NCBI GenBank assembly: GCA_965285935.1
Contig: OZ260666.1
Span: forward strand, 35,712,001-35,776,000
DNA from: Ophelia neglecta
Lineage: Eukaryota
Length of the DNA: 64,000 nucleotides
Reading direction: 5' to 3'
The translations under genes were made by a program, and so were the position numbers. This document shows positions 52,201 through 63,577 of this stretch, one piece after another; positions within the stretch are counted from its first letter, which is position 1; every line of letters begins with the position of its first letter. The notes beneath the pieces were generated by a model that did no database searches, was not told where the DNA came from, and saw only the letters and a program-made list of their open reading frames with translations.

Positions 52201-55200
52201 TTGTTTTCTTTCTACCGCTGGGGAAGGGATGTGGGGGGGGGGGGGTCTTTAGTAACTATAATGCAAAATAATTTTAACTTTGTCCTTTTTCAACAAACAA
52301 ATTACTAGATGCTTCGCGTAGAATTTCTGTTGTCCACTCGAAATAGCATGCTGATGCGAGTGACGTATCTCACGAACTAAATCTGATCATAACCCTCCGC
52401 CCATTCGTTTGTAATTCTTTTTAAGGCCATCCCGAGCGAGCGGAATTTGGGTCGACTCCCAGAGGTGAGTCTTTGCCCGAACCCCCTCACCCTACTGTGA
52501 TGAGGCAACCATCCTACAACCTCTAGGGACATTTTAATTCCATTTAGACCCCCCCCCCCCCCCCGAAAAAGGAAATTCTGTGAGGTTTTACCCCATGTGT
52601 CCATCTTCCATTCCAGCATGGAAGTAGCTGCCTCGACGTAACCACACATCCATCCGTTATCAAACGAACACGAAATGCTCTCCGTACGATCTGCATGTCA
52701 AAGGAACTCACTTATCAGTTGCAAGACAAATTACTTCGATTCTGGCATAAATTACTGTCCCAAAAAAATAACCCATTTAAAGCAAAATTAACCATAGTTT
52801 ACCATTCATTTAGCGAACATTATAATATACTGACCTATTCCTGTTACAGGTTATTATGTTATGGCCCTGTTATATAATATCAGCTCACTTGATTGCATAT
52901 TTATTGCATTAGTAATATATTAAACCACTTTCTAACTTACTACACGTATAGATTTCGTCTGAGTTGTCCCCGCAGTCATCGTTACTGTCGCACATCAAAT
53001 CTCGCGAGATGCAGCGTCCGTTGCCACACGAGAATTCTACAGGACGACATCCTAGCAGCTCACCTGAGATAGTTAATTGCCACGCTTAAAGTTCATTTTA
53101 CGCCAAATCAAAGTCAAAAACCGGTGGTCAAGAGCAACATGTTGCCAATGACTGCTTACCAAAATCATTATTACACATCTTCAATAAACACCGGTGTACA
53201 GAACCTGAAACCTTCAATTCATCATCAAAGTCGTCTGTTTGTGTAGTTCTGACTGGGCCTTTTGGTACCAATAGATAGCCGACATGCTGGACTTTAGTCA
53301 ATCTGTACGTTAGCAATGTTTCCATGTCTGTTTTTATGGTAACCGTAAACCGAAAAGCAACGCTATTCCCAACAACAAAGCGAATACTTCATGTGGATCA
53401 GGGAAGATAGATCTTAAAAATTGGCAAAGGTCAAAAAACAAATCGGGAAGACATTTGACCAAATTTGGACAAATTTTGAACCATTAGTTAGGGTTAGTGT
53501 ATATATAGTAAGCATATCAGGAGGTCGACAGGAAGGGACGTAATATATATACAGAGCATGGGGATGTTTTGTCTCACAGTAACTGAGCACAGGCTGATTT
53601 TACAACAAATGTCAATTACACCAATTTTTTTTATAGCTATTGTCTTGATAAATCGGTAAATATATTACATATATACCGATGAAGGCAACTCAGACATTAA
53701 AGGCACAATTTCCGTACAATCATGATTCCTGGCCATGCGAATCTTATCGCGTTTTCCCGCATGCTAAAATAATGAAGACGGCCGCAATGGGCGTGGCACA
53801 ATAAAATGATAATTATAAATCTCACATATCATACATGTAACTTGTCATCGAGATTAACGCTCTGGGGATGAATTACGATCGGTTGGTTTTACAGATTTTT
53901 TTGGGGCTGCGAAGGGATGGCTCATTTCCTAGATGATACACATTTACAGAAAAGATAAAAATGGTCAAATGGAAAATTCAACTGACCACACGGCGGAATA
54001 TCACAATATTCCATCCTTCCCGTATCGGCGTGAGTGAAGCACCACGGGCCGTTGGGGTCGTTATCGGGGTTGCGGCAATAGTTGGACATATCCGGGATAT
54101 TTTCCTGTACTATTGCGGCGTCTTGACTCCACCAAAGCTGAGCCCTGAGGTACTCCGGCGTAGAACTCCAAGCCTCGCACTTTTCTTGTCTGTTGGTGAC
54201 GGCCAATTTACCAGAGTATCCGCTACCTGAAGGACTCTGTTTACACTGCAAATCTGTAATTTATATGAGAATCCTGTCGTTACATGTAACAGCAAGGTCC
54301 ATTCTAATCAAGTGACTATGTTGAGGCAGGTGTACACGAATGTTAGTAGGTCCCCTTGCCATAAAGTCCGCATAACCCCCCCAAAAATGGTAGTAAGACC
54401 CCGGGGACGACATATATCAGTGTTTTGAGATTGGGGGCTGTAGTAAACATGCATTGTGCGATCCGATCCCTAATCCGCTTAAATGTGTATAACGGTGGAC
54501 CTACACGTGTTTGATGACCAGCGATCTCTCGGGTAGGGCTGGCTTTGGCAGGGAGTCAGGAGGGGCCTTACAACCAGGCTAGATACCGTTTTTATAATGT
54601 TAACAGCCTCAAAACATTATTCGACAAGATCTGCCCACAGCAGATCCTTGGTTTCTTGAGGTCTAGGCCTATAGATCTATACTACAAAATGTAGTAGATC
54701 TTAAACGTGAAAACCATTTTTAATATGCGAAAGTTTATGGAACTTTCTTTTAACTATTTATTGAACAACTAACCTTTTTCATTCCTATACTAACACATTT
54801 TAGTCAGAAAAACATCTGACCCATCCACCTAGATTTTTTTTTATAAAATAGAGCTCAATAACCGCTTACTTCTTACTATTATCCCCATGTTAATAAAAAT
54901 AGACAGTACAATAAACGATTAACTATATCCAACTTAAGACACTAAATGACCCACATGGTGTCTATGTGTCGTTAAGCCCCAAAAATCCAAATTCAAATCC
55001 TTACAACCATGCATGAGACTGTCATTTAATTTTACATCGGAAGAGTGGGACATGCCTTACCCTCCTCACAGTAGCCGATGTTCAGATCATCAATGGCGAT
55101 ATTCACGATGTTTCCGATGTCAGTGCCGCTACCCGTTTTTGCCTCGATCACAATTCGGAAGTAGCCATGGGGCAACTTTATGTGGCAAAGCTGCCACTCG

Positions 55201-58200
55201 CCTGTATAAAACACAGTGCACAATTTTGCTAATTCATTAGAATTTACTTAGTTATGAGAATAATTTATATTCAGCTCCCCATAAGCATAGACTATAAAGC
55301 TTAATCCATCAATGTTTCCCTTAATGCAGCTAATTCTGCAACGGATTAGTCTACAACTGTTGGTTACCTTTGCTGGGTGCCATTTGGCTCCAAATGGTTT
55401 TGTAAACGGAGCCTTGTTCTCGTATGGCCACACTTAGAATACCACCTCGTATCTGGTAGTAAAACTCTATACAAGTGTTGTCCTCCGACAGGATGTATGG
55501 CGACACCAGGTGAGCCATCGTGTTAGGCTGGTGGAACTTGGTCGCCACTATGATATATTTACCAGCACCTGAAAAAACCAAGCAGAAAGAAACATTGGTC
55601 CGGTTCTCCCAAGCCTCAACAAGTTGCTCAGTGGCTAGCAGTTATAACCCTTTATGAAAGGATATTTCATTATAGCAGTAACTGTCCACAGGGTGCCCTA
55701 CATGTACAGAGACAATTGCTTAGAGTATGGTCTAACCTATTTGGAGAATTATGAACAGTGGGGTCAAACACATAAGACTACTAAGCTTTATGCATCAGAA
55801 GACCTCATGGGATCTTAAATTCGGCATTTTTTTGAACGCATTATCTTCCTGAACATATAAATCCTCAATTGGACATTGTCTAAGGATTATTTTATTATTC
55901 GTTCACTCCAGATTATTTCATTTCGGACAGATTTCATTGACTATTTTTGCCTGATCATTTGCCTGTGTCCGTCGAGTATCCACTGGCTATTTCTCAGGGT
56001 CATAACTATATTAAAGTCCGGAATGGAGGACTTTTAAAGACTTCAGCAGCTGTTTTTGAACTTTCGAACACTAAATTCTAACGTCAAGATTTTTTAATCC
56101 TCGCACTTTTTGTATTTACATTATTGTAGGGGAATTATCGTGAATTTATGTCGTCACACAGCTTTTGAAACAAAAGACATTGTTCCCCTTTCAGTGAGTC
56201 ATTTCCACATTATAATTTCTTCTTAATCCTTCAAAGTCAATAGAATATAACAGAAGTATTGCTTGTTGGCTTAATTTTTCTGATAGCTATGCACATGTTA
56301 TTTCTTAATTCTATTCCATTTTATCACCATCAATTCACTTCGTGCGAATGAAGTATACTAGTCGAGGACAGTAATCAATCAACATTATCTACATTTACAA
56401 CAACACTGGACACCTACCTGTTAGTGTGGTGTGATCCTGCAAAGGGTGAGCATAGCCGAGCTTCTTTTCTTTGGTTTTGTCTATTTGTTTCCACTTGAGC
56501 GGTTTTGTGAAGTCATGGCTGAATGCACAGAATCCAATTTCTGTCTCCTCCTCCCCGTCGGTGATCACTTCCTCAAAGGAACAGTTAGCGGCCGTCTGGA
56601 CTAAATGGGAAAGATGGTTGTTTTGCCTAAGAACTGTCTAACATACAGCCTAAAGTGATTTTTGTTGTTACTTTGTAATCCATGCAGACGAGAATGTGTA
56701 TGACCAAAAAATATTTAACGTAGCTAAGGTAGCAATAGTTAAACCGAATGCTATTTCAATGCAATGCGTGAAAAATAACCTGCCACAGGTTTTCTACTTG
56801 CATAAGGGAATTGCCTAAAATGGGCTTTCTTCCTCAGGAAACTTATCACAATTTTAAAAAGAATAGAATGGCAGTGGTTGAGCCTACCTTCACATTTTCG
56901 TCTCCTGTAGTAGTCTGTATAGATCCGTTCCACAAGTTTTACTCCTTTGGACGTTGTCTCCAGCGGAGTGATATAACAGGCCCTTTTACCTCTCTCGTAC
57001 ACGACAGAACAGCAGGAGTCACCATGGAGCTTCTCGCATACGGTCTTACAGACAGTGGCCGTAATGTCGTAGTACACGGCGTGTGGTATGCCCATGCCTT
57101 CTAGGTAATAGTTTCGTTCCAATTGAAACCCTTCCTCTGTGAGCGAAAAGAGTATGTTCATAAAATGAATATAACGTTATAACTGTTTTAACGGTTTACA
57201 AAGACATCCCTGGACATATACATTTAGATGGTAATAGCTTAATGACAGGTTAAACCTATCAGACAAGGTCAGGAAAGGAGATCGACGGTATTCATTACTA
57301 TTCCCAAATAATGTATGGCAATCGCTTGAGGAATAAAAAAGTGAGAACATGATCAGTTTCCAGTGATTCATTTAGAAATTAAGCGGTTCGAGTCCCAGGA
57401 CTTAATGGTGAAAACCATGTGCGTGCATACAAAAAATTTACTGAGGCCTCAGTAGCTATAACGTTGAGCCAAAGACTCGGGGATAAATAAATCAACAAGT
57501 TTGTATTCCCACACGAGCTTTATCCGTCCTTTAATAAATATATGATTTTTCTCCATTGACTATAAACTTACCTAACTCCTCGCCATTCTGCAGAGTTCTA
57601 AAACTGTCTTCCACAATATCGTGCAAACCTAAGTTGTGTGCCGCGGACGTTCTACATTAAAGTATGATGATGTTGTAAACAGTTGTGATAATGATCAACT
57701 CCCAAAATGTTTTCTATTTTAGGAGTGTGAACATTTAGCTCTTTGACAATAATATTCAAGTACACTGGGAAGTGAGTTTCATAGGTTAAGCCTTTCTTAA
57801 AAGCCTTTTCTCAGAAGGATAATTTGTTTGTTGGGTTGCAAAGTTAGTCGCATATAGAGTACTAGGCAGATAGCTAAAAATGTCACACAATTGTCATCAA
57901 ACTCTTTGAACTAATAGTTACGTTATGTGCTCCTACCTGAAGAGGTTTTGGTTACAGATAGTTACAGCCGGGAAGTTTACTTGATCTGTGTAAATGACTT
58001 CGACATCTACCGTTCGAGGATTGCCCAACAAGAAGATAAATCGGTCCGTCATGAACCAAATGAAAAAACCGAAAGCTGCAGTGACGACGAAAATCCACAC
58101 CACTCTGAAACCAGATTGACAAATTAAAACATACCCCCTCTATCCTGTACGTCAAGATATTCTGAAATTAAACCGTTGCTATAGTGATGGAGATTTACAT

Positions 58201-61200
58201 TATGTACTGTTATATAATAATATGTCAAGTCTATTTACCGTGGACCTATACTGAATAAGTGTTGTGTTACGGTTTATGTACAATTAAACACTCGTTTTCG
58301 GATACATCGATATATTCGTTTTTATCATTAGTTTGGTAAATTGCCTCTCTCAACAACATATACTCTCCAAATTAATCTGATAAAATAGACAAAATATCTA
58401 CGCAATATGGAACGAACAAAACAATTGTTACTGCCCAAGTGAAGCTTTTAAAAATAGATCATTCCTTACTCTTTTTATGGAGGCCCGATAAAAACAGGTC
58501 TGTAGAATAAGTAACGGATCAAAAAGTCACGATTACTGAATTCCGGAGTACAATAACAATGGGTGCGATAAATATAATAACATCCGTATCAACAATTTGG
58601 AGGTAGTAGTGAACTGATGCACTTAAACGGGTCGTATTTGATGGAGCACGCTTAAAAGCGCCCCCGGGATGAAGTTTATAATACTGCAGAGTAAGCAGTC
58701 AGCTGGGGTAAATGTAGAAAGGTTAATGTCGTTCTTTGATGAACAGGGACAATTTGTTTATCCAACGGATTAACTTTCCATTGAGTTATTGGCTTTAACT
58801 CACTGGAGCAGATTAAACCAACATATTCAATGCCAGCCGTTTATCCGCGTCATGTATGACAGGAGATACTGGCCCATCACTCAAATAGTATGTTATTGAA
58901 CTTAATTTACAGATGGGTTCGATTCTTCAGGACAAGACAATACGCTGTTTGTTTCAAGACTCTTCAAATAAACACAATTTGATCATTATCAATTTATAAT
59001 CATCCAAACGATATGATCCCTTTGTCACAATTAGAGGACACGTCGTTTGGTACGAACTGAGTTAGTCGTAGAGAGTTAATGAGCGTCCACATGTCGGCGA
59101 GATAGCCAGCAAGAAATATTAGCCAGTCTAGCCCACTGTATCACCCATCCAATAAATCAAAAGCAATTAAACAAAAAACTGTCCATTTAGTCTATTGCTT
59201 AAAAAGAAAAAGACGTTTGAACACTGTTTATGGTAGAAGACCTAGTATACCAATAACAAATTTAATCCATAAGTGAGATAACTGTGTCGATAATATCACC
59301 GAATGAAACCCTCAGTTGTCTAGGCGACGTCACTTACCATTTCTATGTTATTGTTTTTAGTTTGAAATAATCATTTATTTACATATTTCAGATATATAAT
59401 AATTATCAACGTTTCTTATTTAAAACAAGGAATGGTCGTTAAATAATCTTTCACACGTTACCATGGGCTAACTTTCGATTTAACGGAATGTAACGCATTT
59501 GTGGGTTCATATAATTTCAATGTTCAACTCATTTAGGGCCTATGAATTGACAATATAGAAATAGAATACTTAATTCATACATTTAAACAGTAATTTGTTT
59601 GCAAGTATGTATGTGCATCAGTTATAGGTATTTGATATATATTAATAAATTACTGACTGACAAAAAAAAACAGTGAAATAAATTAAGTGTCTGTGGGAGT
59701 TTGCACTTATGGTAAGTTATCCCCAAGAGAAGGTACTCGCTACAATCTCTACATACAATAGTATCAATTCATAAAACAAAGCGTTGATGACTTGGCTATG
59801 TAAAACACAGTCAATCCTATGAGCAAGATTTTGACAGAATAACACAAACAAATAACATTCTACACACACACGTTCAGGAATCAGATGACATCATAACCAT
59901 TTCATTATTAAACTCTGTCATGGATCTTATCCGCATGTAGTGGTCTTTATTCCCCTGGTGGCAGGCTGCTGTGGCGTTACACATCACACTGTTGACACGT
60001 TAGGCGCTATTATTCTAAATATTCTACAGGGAGTGATTACATAACCGACTTGAGTTTTTATCTTCGATTACAGACCGAAAGTGTTGTATTTTCTCAAAGC
60101 CAACAATGTCATTTAATATGTTTGATGGTTTGATGGACTGTCATAAATAACTGTTGAGGCGGACAATGAGTTTAGAGCAATGTGTTGAACCTGAAATTGG
60201 CACATTCATGACAAATAAACTGGAAACTGGAAACACACTGCTCTACGTTGGGGGGGGGGGGGGGGATTCAAGAATGCCATCGAGATTACGAGATCTTAGA
60301 TACCTTTCTTATTTCTTCTCTTTCCTGTGGCAGGAAAATATTAAAGAACCATGATGTTTGTCTATGGGCGGCAACAGATTGCACACTGTTGGAATTCCCT
60401 GGATAAGTCAGTTGGAGTGTGTGTGAGTGGATAGTGAGGGTTTGGGAGGTTGAGGGGGGGGGGGCATTTCAGTAGATTGGTTTTGTAGAGCATCCTCAAA
60501 ACAAAACCAATATACTTAAGTTGGTATAATTGCCTCTTAATTAGTAATCAAAGAGCGTTTCTTTCCACGTAATAGTGTTAAGCGGTTTTTCGGGGAACCT
60601 TTCCCAAATAACACAATTTGTTTCAATTTGTCGAAAGGTTCTTTGTGCTTTGAAGAAAAAACAATAGAAATGGTTTGGTTTGTCTTTTTCCAATAATAAG
60701 TCACGATGCTCGGATAAAAATTGCCGATGCATTAGCCTTTCCATCGAAAAACTTTTCAAATACTATGTTTTTTGGTACTTCGCCTAATATGGACATGTTG
60801 CACCACCGAACAGGGTTTATTTTGCATTAAAACCAAATAGCATCCTGCGGAAGGAATCTATGTTAATATTCATCTGGTAACCACTCGGAAAATTAAAGTT
60901 TGAAAAAACTATGGGCTGTATTATTATTTTATAAGAATTGACTTTTATGACAGTCGAAGTACAGCCAATAAAAAAACACGATGATCAAAATAACCTAGAC
61001 GGTATCTTGGGGAACACCAAAAATTTTATATGCAAGTGCTATTATATTGTTTATTAGAATTTTTAAAGCCCATATGGGCCTTTTCGTTAACTAGAAATAA
61101 GGACGCCTGGTGTCTGAATGTTTGTAGGTTGGGACTTTGGTATACAAACTACAAAGCATTCTAACATAAAAAGTATTGCCCAAAACGTCGTTACTACAAA

Positions 61201-63577
61201 TATATAGCAAGAAAAAGTATAAAATTCAATATAATCCATTCAATAATTGAAGGAAACACTGTCATTGCACATATAAGGGTTATCCATTGGTTCGACGCTT
61301 GAATGGTATACAATGAAACATGTTTAGGCACACTTAAATCCTTTGGCATTTTAAATGTTGCAGTACTTAACACACAGGTCAACACAATTTTATTACTGCA
61401 TAACTTGTGTAAATTGATTAGATTGGTCTCATCTTTGATTGTTAGGTAGCCAAATATTAAGTGATTTTCTCCTCCCCTCATCCCCGCCAGCTGACGCCAC
61501 TAAGGCTGATATTCGTGCCCACCCCCGTTAAGTATCCCTTTTGGAGCTCCCAGTATTTCACCCAACCTCTCCTAGCCTTCGGGCACTATAGGAAGTGGTG
61601 ATAGCGAATCCCACTTTACAATATTGAAATGCATGAATGAAATAGGTAGGCATTTCCCACAAATCAACGGCATATTACTCGGGATAGGAGATTATAATGA
61701 TAAGACCTGTATGGTCTGATCATAAATGACATTTATTAGTGATTTGCCTTATTTGTTATTTATATTTTATTGTGTTCCTTATTTATATATTATTGCTCTG
61801 TCGCTTATTAGGCTTGTTTTGGTCCTTTGTATCTATGCATTGTCTCGGGTCAGGAATGTTTACCAACAAAGAATCTAAATGCATTTTGTAAAGGAGACAG
61901 TGCGATTAATCATACGTGCAGATAGAAAAATACACCCACGCAACTATATCGCACAAAACTGGTCATCTGCAGAGGCATGGGTGAGTTTATAATACAAGCT
62001 ACCATGTTATGATGGCAATGGAATTTCCCATTATTTGCTTTGTGAAATATCATGTTTATAAGGCCTAACCCATTTGTTTAGAACTCATTATTCAACGCTC
62101 ATGTGCTTCGGGCTAGATTTTTCAACTTGGTTACTCGGCAGAAACTCTTGAAGCTTGCTGGCCACGGCAGTGTTTCCACAATTCGCAATAGGAGCATGGA
62201 ATTCAAACATGAACAAAAGCAGAGTACACCAGACCCGATTTGTAACCCTCCTCCCCCCAAACCAGCTCTAATCTCGCGAGTAAGTTAAGAGTGGTCAACC
62301 ATATGATTGCCCGATAGGGACAACACAAGATGGTAGGTTATTTCTCTTTCAATATCGCCCTGAATGTACCAATATTTGTCTTTTAGCATCACTGGTCGTT
62401 TCGATTGCGTGGAGTGCAACGAAAATATTAAGCTCTGTGTTACACTGGGGTATAGTGTGCCACAAGATTTGATGGCTCAATAATGAACAGCTAACACTTT
62501 CCTCCTGCGAAAACACGCCCAATAAACACAACAAATGGACAACTTCTTTTAAACTTCTAATTTACCCTGAGTAGCAGCCAAATATTAATGCTGTACTGTA
62601 AAAATCCATTTGGCAGGCCGGGGAGTGTTTTCTCTACATGCTCCGTTTAGCACCAGATTGATACCGAATTGAACATCTAATCCAGTGAAGTGTGCTTCAC
62701 TTCAACCTTATTGACTTCACTGAAGTCAATGGATCGTATGGCGCTTTGTATTTCACCCGACGATATCTTAGTATCAAAGCCAGCTAAGCTTTCCGCCTAT
62801 TGCATCTATATGTTCCTTCGAAACTGAACTTGCAACAAATTTTCCAGATGCACAGCCTCTATGTTCTTTATAGGGAAGCGGTTCAGTAATCAAACCTCGC
62901 GAGACGTCTTAATTATTTGTATCAGTAAAATGACAATGATATAATTCCATCTTCCTTTCTTGGCATCAACATTATCATGTCTGGGGTCCTGACAACTAAT
63001 AATAACAAATATTTTACTCTGCTATCACCATCCATGAGTATAAGAAACTGTGGTATAATTTAACTGGGAGTTAGTATGATGTGGCGCGGTGTTGTAAGAT
63101 GTGGTGAAACGCCTTAACAGTGGGGTTTACCAGTGAGTGATTAAGGGTTTTGACTTAAAGTGGTGTATGATGTGGTACAGTTTAACCGCTAGTGTCGTCG
63201 GATGTTTTAAATTATGATGTGATTAGATTTAACGCTGAGTGAAGGAGGCTGTTTCAGTATTATATGACTTAACTGCGACGGTGAGGGTATGTTGGTTAAA
63301 CTACTTGTAAGTGACGAAGATTGTGGTTCGGATGTTGTTGGAGTGAAACCAGCCTACCTGGTTTATTGAAAACATCTTCGGTACTTTTAATATACCTATT
63401 TCGAGGGATAATTAAAAGACAATAACAAGTGATTTATAAGACACAATTTATGTGATTGAGTTTACCTGCGGGTGACGTAGGGAGTGTCCGCTGTTATATA
63501 TCGCACACCATGGAATGTTGTATCCTGGGTAAAACGAAACATCAACCTCCTCCATGTCGCCAATGTGCTCCGCTTCT
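38406..63577 (-). CDS. Giant DEG/ENaC (ASIC-like, amiloride-sensitive sodium channel family) subunit with PAN/MAM/Kringle/LDLa cassette and helical insert; ~2,100 aa, 33 exons, probably 5'-partial
   Basis: Exons (5'->3'): 63577-63466, 58104-57937, 57651-57572, 57136-56888, 56600-56418, 55568-55368, 55201-55061, 54253-53987, 53063-52941, 52690-52592, 51944-51790, 51175-50956, 50708-50472, 50296-50036, 49914-49738, 49498-49308, 48653-48485, 47249-47130, 46709-46528, 46316-46157, 45571-45449, 45349-45245, 45102-45036, 44932-44814, 44663-44581, 43398-43300, 43175-43007, 42842-42786, 42632-42499, 41923-40464, 40291-40200, 38927-38764, 38552-38406. All phases are compatible and there is no internal stop. 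Hallmarks: TTFHG, TM1, [40 protein letters not shown], Cys-rich thumb, [25 protein letters not shown] (TM2). Confidence 0.93.
40464..41923 (-). CDS. Single 1460-nt exon encoding a ~490-aa alpha-helical insert in the ENaC knuckle region
   Basis: Contains ORF 40439-41914; phase-0 acceptor matches exon 42632-42499 and phase-2 donor matches exon 40291-40200; E/K/L-rich amphipathic sequence. Confidence 0.88.
42499..45349 (-). CDS. DEG/ENaC core ectodomain exons (end of finger, beta-ball, palm, thumb)
   Basis: [33 protein letters not shown]...DYGLCYTFN...[17 protein letters not shown]...DAGIKVFLH...GFAIAPG...GDC...CIRECE...CGC...MPG...VC...[17 protein letters not shown]. Confidence 0.95.
45449..45571 (-). 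CDS. LDL-receptor class A domain 2 exon (phase 1-1)
   Basis: [38 protein letters not shown]. Confidence 0.88.
45811..45967. repeat. Nested inverted repeat / mini-MITE in an ENaC intron
   Basis: aaaaggcgctatttctccgg ... ccggagaaatagcgtttttc (~20-bp arms), flanked by aagccgaac ... gttcggctt. Confidence 0.55.
46157..47249 (-). CDS. MAM domain 4 (47249-47130, 46709-46528, 46316-46157)
   Basis: [14 protein letters not shown]...KW / GYYL...MASP...SCVSFYY / VW...[19 protein letters not shown]...[12 protein letters not shown]. Confidence 0.88.
48485..49914 (-). CDS. MAM domain 3 (49914-49738, 49498-49308, 48653-48485)
   Basis: [11 protein letters not shown]...W / YYLRL...SRLITP...SCLRFSYY / [20 protein letters not shown]...[11 protein letters not shown]. 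Confidence 0.85.
50036..50296 (-). CDS. PAN-like Cys-rich domain exon (phase 1-1, GC donor)
   Basis: FEGYRCNC...[29 protein letters not shown]...GWDVY; the domain assignment is by cysteine/aromatic pattern only. Confidence 0.65.
50472..50708 (-). CDS. Thr/Glu-rich mucin-like stalk exon (phase 1-1)
   Basis: [30 protein letters not shown]...[11 protein letters not shown]. Confidence 0.8.
50956..52690 (-). CDS. MAM domain 2 (52690-52592, 51944-51790, 51175-50956)
   Basis: [11 protein letters not shown]...W / SRLVSP...CLHIDYY / [19 protein letters not shown]...[13 protein letters not shown]. Confidence 0.85.
52941..53063 (-). CDS. LDL-receptor class A domain 1 exon (phase 1-1)
   Basis: [36 protein letters not shown]. 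Confidence 0.95.
53987..54253 (-). CDS. Kringle domain exon (phase 1-1)
   Basis: [17 protein letters not shown]...KCEAW...[17 protein letters not shown]...MEYCDIPPC. Confidence 0.95.
55061..56600 (-). CDS. MAM domain 1 (3 exons: 56600-56418, 55568-55368, 55201-55061)
   Basis: CSFEE...FCAF...W...[15 protein letters not shown]...AHLVSP...CIEFYY...IW...GEWQ...FRIVIEA...[11 protein letters not shown]. Confidence 0.9.
56888..57136 (-). CDS. PAN/Apple domain exon (phase 1-1) of the giant ENaC
   Basis: ...[29 protein letters not shown]...TDYYRRRKC: PAN C-x3-C...C-S-x2-Y...C-Y...DYY pattern. Confidence 0.8.
57572..63577 (-). CDS. DEG/ENaC N-terminal exons: HG re-entrant loop, TM1, beta1-beta2 (63577-63466, 58104-57937, 57651-57572)
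   Basis: [22 protein letters not shown] / [56 protein letters not shown] / [18 protein letters not shown]. Confidence 0.93.

Noticed and set aside
53128-53325. ORF between the Kringle and LDLa exons as an extra cassette exon
   Set aside because: The plausible acceptor gives an immediate stop in phase 1, and there is no domain signature.
57383-57400. Pol III B-box (GGTTCGAGTCC), possible tRNA or SINE
   Set aside because: No A-box or cloverleaf is recognisable.
63050-63360. Degenerate GT-rich ~30-bp tandem-like repeat (gatgtgg...ttaac)
   Set aside because: Too decayed to define a unit; probably an old minisatellite.
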